A DNA stretch of 64,000 nt, taken from a virus. Lineage: Duplodnaviria; Caudoviricetes. The position numbers and the translations under genes are program-made. Of the stretch, positions 49,492 through 56,204 are shown one piece after another (the stretch's first letter is position 1; each line of letters begins with the position of its first letter). The stretch lies in the IMG/VR virus record IMGVR_UViG_3300028805_000074, positions 32,001 to 96,000 of that record; one strand, 5' to 3'. The notes below the pieces were generated by a model that worked only from the letters and a program-made list of their open reading frames with translations, did no database searches and was not told the origin of the DNA.

Positions 49492-50892
49492 CTAAGCGGC
49501 CTGTCGTGCAGTCCGCTTAGTCTTCTTAGTAGTCACCTTCACATAGCTCGTCCTGTCGAACACATACCGCACAGCCGTGCCGATATGCACACGTCTTGTT
49601 CCGTCGGCCTGCTCGTGGCAGCGGCATAGCGTAGCGCCCTCGTCGCCGACACTCACGCCCACCATCAGGTGCAGCATCGTCCAGTCGTCGTCCGAGACTG
49701 TCACCTCGTCGTCGATGTCGCCCTGACTGAATGCCTCCGTCACGCCGCCCAGCTGTTGCAGGATGCGGGCCTTCGTCAGCACGTTCATCTTGCGGTTGAA
49801 GTCGGCCACGTTGATAGTCACCCGTCCGAAGCGCTCCTGCCAGGGAGTAGGCTCCGTCAGCTGCAGCCAGTCGTTGAAAAGGTCGGCGGCAACGACCACC
49901 TCTCTCACCGTAGGCCCGTCCTCCCATGTCACCGATGACTCGCCGTAGCGGTTGGTCTTGATGGTGAACGTCACCACAGGGAACTTCCCCTTCAGCACCG
50001 TCTTCAGGTTACTCACGGCCACCGTCTGCTGCTCTGCGTCGGTCAGTCCCCGGCTGATAGTGATTAGCTTCGGCGCCCACTCGTCTATCAGCGGCTTTTG
50101 CTCCGCCTCAATCCTCGCCTTGCGCTCCGCCTCGATGCGCTGCTGCTCCTGCTGCTCGTGGCGTATCTGTGCCAGCATGGCATCGAGCTGCTGCTGATAC
50201 ATCTCGCCGTAGCCGCATGGCATATAGAAGCGGCTTATCATCGGGTCGCCCATGGGGCTGCCCAACACGCAGTAGCTTGGCGAGCGGAACATCACTACCT
50301 TCGCCACGCGCTTGGCCTTGCGGATGCCGTTGGCAGGGTCGGCACTCTGTATCGTCTCCCATCCGCCCCACGGTCCGCCGCCGGGCATCTCATAGTTCAG
50401 GTCGTTGTTCATCAGCTGCTCGTCGCTCAGCTCCACGATAGTCTCTACCATCACCACCGCTTCGTCGGCCAGTCCATTCGTCAGCACCTCACGCAGCAGC
50501 GGCTCCATACGGGCAAAGACCATAGCCGCCTTGCCAACGTTCACCTGCCGTGCATAGATGAAGTCGCCCGCCTTCAGTTCGCCCGGTCGCTTCTGCTTGT
50601 TGCGCCGTGCCTGCTCCAGCACCTCGGCCAGCCGGTTACGTTCGCGCTCCTTGCGCTCCCGTTCCTCTCGCTCCCGGCGCTCCCGCTCTCTCCGCTCACG
50701 CCCCTTGGCACTCTTGCGGTAGTCGCCGTTCAGCTCAGCCTTGCGTTCCTCATACTGCTGCTGCATCTCCTGGAACTTAGCCGTAGCCTCCGGATCGTTA
50801 GGATTCCTGTCCGGGTGCATCTTAATCACGAGCCTTCTGTGCTCCTGCTCCAGCTGCTCGTGGGTCATACAGTTTGCAAAATATTCCACCAT
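49492..50892 (-). CDS. J-domain protein with possible LPD29-like C-terminal domain
   Basis: MHPDRNPNDPEATAKFQEM (HPD J-domain); LKGKFP...F.I...SVTWEDGP resembles LPD29 (from recall). Confidence 0.75.
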   Translation of the reverse strand: MVEYFANCMTHEQLEQEHRRLVIKMHPDRNPNDPEATAKFQEMQQQYEERKAELNGDYRKSAKGRERRERERREREERERKERERNRLAEVLEQARRNKQKRPGELKAGDFIYARQVNVGKAAMVFARMEPLLREVLTNGLADEAVVMVETIVELSDEQLMNNDLNYEMPGGGPWGGWETIQSADPANGIRKAKRVAKVVMFRSPSYCVLGSPMGDPMISRFYMPCGYGEMYQQQLDAMLAQIRHEQQEQQRIEAERKARIEAEQKPLIDEWAPKLITISRGLTDAEQQTVAVSNLKTVLKGKFPVVTFTIKTNRYGESSVTWEDGPTVREVVVAADLFNDWLQLTEPTPWQERFGRVTINVADFNRKMNVLTKARILQQLGGVTEAFSQGDIDDEVTVSDDDWTMLHLMVGVSVGDEGATLCRCHEQADGTRRVHIGTAVRYVFDRTSYVKVTTKKTKRTARQAA

Positions 50893-50927
50893 GATAATTT
50901 TCGATTTACTGATCTTCGATTTACTAT

Positions 50928-51899
50928 TTATGCCGCCTGCTGATAGTGCTTCAGCAGTGCCTCCCGCAGCCTTTCGGCAAACGTCGGCTCCTGTGCTCGT
51001 TCCGTATGCTGCGGTATCTCCGCAGACCTCGCCGCCTTAGTAGCCTTGCTCACGCCCTGCGCCTCGCCCTTCAGCCACCGCTCCAGGTCGAAGCGGTCGC
51101 AGTCCTTGCTCTCTACCTTGCAGCCCATGCCGCTGTCATCGTTCACCAGCAGCGGCATCAGCAGCATCAGCGTGTCGGCACTGTAGAACATTACCGGACG
51201 GACATTCTCCACAAACCGCATCGCCGTAGGCTCGAAGGCCAGGATAGTCTGCAGCTTCTTTCCGGCGAAGGTGGCAAACATCTTGTAGGGCATCTGCCCC
51301 ACGTCCAGATCCTGCTTCATCACCTCGTCGCCGTTCCAGTCGCAGTGACTCATGCGCAGCGTCTTGTCGCCACGCTCGCCGTAGAGCCTCACGGAGTACT
51401 GCGGTCCGTCATCGTCCTTATCCATCGTCTTCAGCATGCCGCCCAGCGACGAGTTCCATGCCTTGGCATCCACGTCAATCGCCCAGCCCGTATTCCACGG
51501 CATTACGCTCCGCCAGTGTGGATAGCGGGTGGTCTGCTCCATCTCAGCGGTGGCACCCTGGCCGTCGATGACGCGCACCGTCTCGTTGCCCTGACCATCG
51601 CCCATAATCTCCACCGTCACCGTGCCCTTCATCGCCAGCACCTCCACGGGCAGCGTCCTCGTGCCGTTCACCACCAGCACGCCCTCGCCCAGCTCGCAGC
51701 GGTAGTCCTTCAGCTTCGTCACTGCCAGGATATGCCCGTTGGTAGCTATCATCAGTCCCGTCTCCACCTCGATGGCGGGGTGGGTAACATAATCACGGAG
51801 GTCTTTCTTCTCCAGACACTTCTTCAAGTTCTTCACCATCTTGTCGACCACGAACGTTATCCGTGCCGTCAATGTCATGTTGTCATTCTCTTTTGCCAT
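50928..51899 (-). CDS. DNA polymerase III beta-clamp-like protein
   Basis: IATNGHILAV (cf. VATDGHRLA), RYPHWRSVMP (cf. FPDYRRVLP), C-terminal LLMPL. Confidence 0.6.
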   Translation of the reverse strand: MAKENDNMTLTARITFVVDKMVKNLKKCLEKKDLRDYVTHPAIEVETGLMIATNGHILAVTKLKDYRCELGEGVLVVNGTRTLPVEVLAMKGTVTVEIMGDGQGNETVRVIDGQGATAEMEQTTRYPHWRSVMPWNTGWAIDVDAKAWNSSLGGMLKTMDKDDDGPQYSVRLYGERGDKTLRMSHCDWNGDEVMKQDLDVGQMPYKMFATFAGKKLQTILAFEPTAMRFVENVRPVMFYSADTLMLLMPLLVNDDSGMGCKVESKDCDRFDLERWLKGEAQGVSKATKAARSAEIPQHTERAQEPTFAERLREALLKHYQQAA

Positions 51900-51937
51900 A
51901 GTCGTATATCTTTTTAGGGGTAAATAATTCTCGATAC

Positions 51938-51972
51938 AAAAAGAGCGGCCATGCTTCACAGCAGAGCCGCCC
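51938..51972 (-). terminator. rho-independent terminator
   Basis: GGGCGGCTCTGCTGTGAAGCATGGCCGCTC followed by TTTTT. Confidence 0.65.
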
Positions 51973-52137
51973 CATCAACATTCAAAATCAACTTTACAAG
52001 TTATGAAAAATTCGTTTAAGCCAGATGACCAAAGCGAAGCTCGCTTCGGCTTTGGCATGGCGTAGAATTTTCGACCGTCAGGTCACATAGTGCCCCGCAT
52101 CCCATCGAAGGGCAGGTTAATCCGTGCGGGGCTGTAG

Positions 52138-52557
52138 TTAGATCTTCGCCAGTATCTCATCGAAGTCACACTCACTCTCCCACCACTCCTCGGGAAGGCC
52201 GTTCTCCTCACCGAACTCCTCAAGCAGGTCGACAACCCTGTCGCAGTCCATGGTGTTCCTGTCGGGAATGATGTGTGCCTCGTAGCACTGATTCATTTCC
52301 GCCTTTAGGATATCCAAGTCGCAGCCGTCCATGTTCTCACGGATATAACGGATGGCTCTTCCAAGTGTCGAATTGTCCGGCTCGCTCTCGTTGACGGCCT
52401 CGAACTTGTGGAAGATATAGTGCCCGTCCCTGACGTACTGCCACGGGTCGTCTCCTATCCAGTTGCCCACGATAGTCTTTGCCTGTTCCTCACTCTCCGC
52501 ATCCACCTCGATGCGGCACGACATGGTGATATCCACGTCCACATTAAATCTCCTCAT
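52138..52557 (-). CDS. acidic hypothetical protein
   Basis: IEVDAESEEQA (DpnD/PcfM-like N-terminal pattern). Confidence 0.65.
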   Translation of the reverse strand: MRRFNVDVDITMSCRIEVDAESEEQAKTIVGNWIGDDPWQYVRDGHYIFHKFEAVNESEPDNSTLGRAIRYIRENMDGCDLDILKAEMNQCYEAHIIPDRNTMDCDRVVDLLEEFGEENGLPEEWWESECDFDEILAKI

Positions 52558-52573
52558 AATCGCTACTTGTTTT

Positions 52574-53068
52574 TTAGTAATGATAGTCTATCACCGCACC
52601 GATGTAGAGCTTGCGCCCTTTCCGCATCTTCATGTCGGCGACATACTCTATCAACATGTCGGCAGGCGAAGCATACTCGCACCAGTCCTTGATAGCGAAC
52701 CGCTTGGCTGTGTCGAGGCAGGTCTCGTCGCACATGGCCTTCACCGTGTAGCGCGGCGTGTGCTGCAGCACCGTGTCTGCAGTCACCTTTCCAGCCGCCT
52801 CGCGGATAGCCGATGCCCACCGCTCGCAGAACGTCCTGAGTGCATCGACACCCTTGAACACCAGCGCCTCGCCCGTCTCGTCGAGCACAAACAGATCCTT
52901 CACCGTGTCGGCCAGACTCTCTATACACTCGCGGCGTTCGTCGCCCTTCATCTCGTCGCCGATATAGTCGGCGAAATCCCCGCTGTTCTCATAGAAATCG
53001 CTGGGGCTTGCATACTCGTCTTCGGCAATAGGCTTGCTCGAAATCTGATAAATCTTGCTGTGACTCAT
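52574..53068 (-). CDS. hypothetical protein downstream of the RT array
   Basis: 164 aa, ends LYIGAVIDYHY. Confidence 0.72.
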   Translation of the reverse strand: MSHSKIYQISSKPIAEDEYASPSDFYENSGDFADYIGDEMKGDERRECIESLADTVKDLFVLDETGEALVFKGVDALRTFCERWASAIREAAGKVTADTVLQHTPRYTVKAMCDETCLDTAKRFAIKDWCEYASPADMLIEYVADMKMRKGRKLYIGAVIDYHY

Positions 53069-53083
53069 AGTCGTTACTCGTTT

Positions 53084-53470
53084 TTAATCACACTCGAAAT
53101 AGAATATCACGTTCAACTTATCCTGGAGCTCGTAGAACTCCACCACCAGCCTTTCGTTATCAGGGCACTCCCACGCCTTAAACTCCTGCTTATAGGAGTC
53201 GAAGATGCGGCGGCGGGTGTCCTCCCAATCCTCCGTCCCCGGAACGGCCAGCAGCGTGATGGTCACGCAGTTGTCGCCCCACTTCCAGCGGGCGTCCACC
53301 AGTCCGCTCTCACACTCCACACCGTCCTCGATGACGGTCTTGCGCCCTATCAGGTGGCGCATACCACGCTTGCGGTGGTCGTGTGCCGCGTCGAAGTCCC
53401 CGAATACCTCGTCCTCGAACGGGTCTTCCATCAAGTTCTTGTTGTCAATAGGTGCTTTAACTTTCTCCAT
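53084..53470 (-). CDS. hypothetical protein immediately downstream of the RT array
   Basis: 128-aa ORF. Confidence 0.65.
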   Translation of the reverse strand: MEKVKAPIDNKNLMEDPFEDEVFGDFDAAHDHRKRGMRHLIGRKTVIEDGVECESGLVDARWKWGDNCVTITLLAVPGTEDWEDTRRRIFDSYKQEFKAWECPDNERLVVEFYELQDKLNVIFYFECD

Positions 53471-53496
53471 AATCGTTTCGTTTTTAATCCGTTATT

Positions 53497-53677
53497 CGCC
53501 TGCCTCGCGGAGTGGCATAGCTCTTTACTCGATTGATGATAGGGCAGTGTGGGAAGCACAGACTGAAGCTGGCCCCGCGATAATCTTTCGCGGTTCCAGC
53601 TTCAGACAGGGCTTATCCTGACACTGCCATCTGAAATCGTTCCGCTCTACAGTCGTCATTAGGCTGTATGCGCAGCC
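53497..53677 (-). ncRNA. RT-associated array unit H (hairpin 53543-53628; leader hairpin 53662-53677)
   Basis: scaffold GCCTCGCGGAGTGGCATAG...TGATG / CTGAAATCGTTCCGCTCTACAG on the + strand. Confidence 0.8.
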
Positions 53678-53714
53678 AATGTTCAATGTTCAATGCTCAA
53701 TGTTCAATGTTCTC

Positions 53715-53876
53715 CCGCTCATCATCCTCGGCGCATCGCTCTATCGCGTTGATGATTAACAGCGCAAGAACCCTGGTCTTGACACTGGGAAATGTTCCCA
53801 GTGGAATACCAGGGTCTATGAGCTGTCAAGCTAAAGCGTTGGATGCCTTGCGGCTGTGTAGGGTGCGCTCCCCTGC
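53715..53876 (-). ncRNA. RT-associated array unit G (hairpin 53759-53826)
   Basis: P1 CCGC/GCGG, P2 CATCC/GGATG, conserved GCAT..CT.TATC...TGATG and CTAAA. Confidence 0.75.
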
Positions 53877-54050
53877 CCTGCTATCGGACGTGGCACATGG
53901 TCTTTATCTCGTCGATAACAAACAGTGTCTTGGACGGCGGCCGGCCGGCGTCGTCGGACGTTAGACGGACGACGCCTGCCGGCCGCCGTCCGTTACGACA
54001 CTGTTGCTTTGAAACTCTGTCCGTCTCGCAGGCTCATAGGCTGTGCTGCC
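53877..54050 (-). ncRNA. RT-associated array unit F (hairpin 53921-54005)
   Basis: P1 CCTGC/GCAGG, P2 CGGAC/GTCCG, GTGGCACATGGTCTTTATCTCGTCGAT; 14-bp perfect inner stem. Confidence 0.82.
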
Positions 54051-54140
54051 CGGCTTATTGTTCTGTGCTCCTGCCTTGGGCTTCGCCCGAGACAGTCTGC
54101 ACTCAGCATAGTCGATGCAAGCATCGCTTTGCTTTCGTTT

Positions 54141-54299
54141 GCTCCTGCCTTGCGGCATGGCATAGTGCTTTACTCTTGCGATGGAAAGTGATCCGACGTA
54201 AGAGATGAGTCCTGAGACATAGGGTCAGGACTCATCTCTGTTAAGACGGATCACTCTAAACACTCGCCGCCCTACAGGAGCCTGGCGGTATGCGCCGCC
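54141..54299 (-). ncRNA. RT-associated array unit E (hairpin 54187-54255; leader hairpin 54284-54299)
   Basis: P1 GCTCCTG/CAGGAGC, P2 GCGGC/GCCGC, CTAAACAC; 15-bp perfect inner stem. Confidence 0.85.
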
Positions 54300-54336
54300 C
54301 TCGTCCAGTAGACTGCGGTAGCTCCGCAGTCCCTCC

Positions 54337-55467
54337 TTATCGCTTCAGCTGCTTAGCCTTCTTCTCCTGCGCCCACTCCTTCATCTTCGCCTTGATGTCG
54401 ATGCCGTTCTCTTCTATCATCTGCTTCATCAGGCCGAACAGTCGCCAGCCCTCGCCGTCGGAGGCATAGGTCAGCGCAGCGTGCTCCAGCATCTTCATCT
54501 TGTCGCGGCCAGGCTCATAGAAATCATTGTCCTTTGGGAAGGTGCATCCGTGGAAGCGCAGCAGGTTCTGCATCGTGGCGTAGGCTCCCATACCCTTGTA
54601 GGCATCCTTCCACTCAGCTGTCTGCTTATAGTTGCCGCTGTTGCAGCCCCACACCCGGGCCTTGTTGAATGCCATCACTGCCTCGTAGAGTTTCTGCGGG
54701 GTCTTGGCGCTGTGGATAGCGGCCTTCAGGCGCACCATCGGCCACACCAGCTTCTTCTCGATGTCGCTCACGAACACGTTCTGACGGAAGAACTTGATGT
54801 AGGGCACGCCCTTGCACTTGTGCGTCTGGCGGCTCTTGGCATCCTCACGCATCTGGACGATGTAGTCCTCGGCCATCGTCACGGCCAGCTCGCGGTTGAA
54901 CCAGCGGTTACGCGCCTCGAAGTTCTCCATATCCTTGCCGTAGAGCTTGGCTTGCACGCGCAGCTCCTCCACCAGCATCTCCCACTGATAGTCGTAGCCG
55001 TGATACTTCAGCCACGATGAGAACCCGCCATAAGAGGTCAGCCCGTGGAACACCTGGCTCATCACCCAGCGGCGGAACAGCGAGCGGTTGGGCACCGTGC
55101 CACCCTTGCGGATAGCAGCCAGGATGGGGTCGTCGTCGCTCACGGGCACGGCCTTTCCGTCGCCGGTCTTCATCATCATCTGCTCGCCGCCGCCGGGAAT
55201 CTGGATGGCGAAATACTTACTCGGGTCGATGCCCGCCGCCTTCAGTGCGTCGCCCCGCTTCGATACGGGCAGGTAGATGTCGCCCAGCCCTGAGTCCTTG
55301 CCGATGGCCATGCCGCCCTTCACTGCATGCTCATGCTCGCCGATGGCGAACTCCGTGCCGCACACCGGGCACATCACGCGGGTTTCGCCACCGTCCGTCA
55401 CGGGGATAGTGCGCTTGCTCTGGTTCTTCACTGTGTTCTTGCTCTCGTTGGTCTTCTTTGTTGCCAT
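54337..55467 (-). CDS. 376-aa protein embedded in the RT-associated ncRNA array (candidate partner or effector)
   Basis: same strand as the RT, flanked on both sides by array units; N-terminal CPVC...HxH; no recognisable family. Confidence 0.8.
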   Translation of the reverse strand: MATKKTNESKNTVKNQSKRTIPVTDGGETRVMCPVCGTEFAIGEHEHAVKGGMAIGKDSGLGDIYLPVSKRGDALKAAGIDPSKYFAIQIPGGGEQMMMKTGDGKAVPVSDDDPILAAIRKGGTVPNRSLFRRWVMSQVFHGLTSYGGFSSWLKYHGYDYQWEMLVEELRVQAKLYGKDMENFEARNRWFNRELAVTMAEDYIVQMREDAKSRQTHKCKGVPYIKFFRQNVFVSDIEKKLVWPMVRLKAAIHSAKTPQKLYEAVMAFNKARVWGCNSGNYKQTAEWKDAYKGMGAYATMQNLLRFHGCTFPKDNDFYEPGRDKMKMLEHAALTYASDGEGWRLFGLMKQMIEENGIDIKAKMKEWAQEKKAKQLKR

Positions 55468-55517
55468 AATCTTTTTGTTGTTTTAAAGGGTTAATAAAAA
55501 AATGTTTCTTGTTTGTT

Positions 55518-55616
55518 GCTGTCGCCTTCAGCCTGGCACATAGCGTTATAAGTCTGATATATTCTGCTTTACGAAAAAGCGGTGCTTACTGCGATAGCGT
55601 CAGGCTGTGCGGCCTG
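55518..55616 (-). ncRNA. degenerate/short RT-array unit D
   Basis: GCACATAGCGTTATA scaffold remnant, short CTGCTTT/AAAGCGG hairpin, leader hairpin CAGGC-TGTGCG-GCCTG. Confidence 0.5.
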
Positions 55617-55626
55617 CCAGAGTTTT

Positions 55627-55806
55627 CGCCCGCCTTACGGCTTGGCATAGGTCTGTATCGTTTCGATGTCGCAGCTCGTGACGGTCGTCTGAACCAGAGC
55701 AGGAGACGGACCGCCGGGCGGTCTCCTGCTAAGGGCAAGAAGACTTATACACGAGCTCACTAAACATAGCCGTCCTACGAGCGGTGTCGGGCAGTATGCG
55801 CTGCCC
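55627..55806 (-). ncRNA. RT-associated array unit C (hairpin 55673-55757; leader hairpin 55789-55806)
   Basis: CCTT-ACGGC...GCCGT-CCTA; TGGCATAGGTCTGTATCGTTTCGATG; CTAAACA. Confidence 0.85.
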
Positions 55807-55807
55807 T

Positions 55808-55987
55808 GCATTGCCTTGCGGCGTGGCACAGGTCTGTATCGTGTCGATGACAAAGCCGGTCATTGCCGGATGTCGGACCTCGAACGAAGGCTGGTCATGG
55901 AACAGCCTTCATTCGAGGTCCACATCCGTTTGCAAACCTGCTTCTAAACACGTGCCGCCCTACAATGCCCATACTACTGTGCGGTAG
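55808..55987 (-). ncRNA. RT-associated array unit B (hairpin 55853-55943; leader hairpin 55974-55987)
   Basis: P1 GCATTG/CAATGC, CCTT-GCGGC...GCCGC-CCTA; TGGCACAGGTCTGTATCGTGTCGATG; CTAAACAC. Confidence 0.87.
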
Positions 55988-55997
55988 CGAAAGAAAT

Positions 55998-56178
55998 GTC
56001 TGCTCCTTGCGACGCTGCACATCGCTATAACTCGTCGATGTAATGCGGCGTGTGCCAGAACAGGCCGCCAGGATCCATCCACGGTAATAACCTGGACGGA
56101 TCCAGGCGGCCAGCTCTGGTTAGGCACGCCGCACACTCAATCGTGTCGCCATAAGCAGACTAAACTCTGTGCGGAGTT
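55998..56178 (-). ncRNA. RT-associated array unit A, 26 bp after the RT stop (hairpin 56044-56133; leader hairpin 56163-56178)
   Basis: P1 GTCTGCT/AGCAGAC, CCTT-GCGAC...GTCGC-CATA; GTCGATG. Confidence 0.85.
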
Positions 56179-56204
56179 GTTATCCATCCTTGCGCCGAAA
56201 ACCC

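Noticed and set aside
53497-56178. CRISPR array
   Set aside because: Repeats are degenerate and bipartite, the variable parts are self-complementary 68-91 nt hairpins, and no cas genes are in the window.
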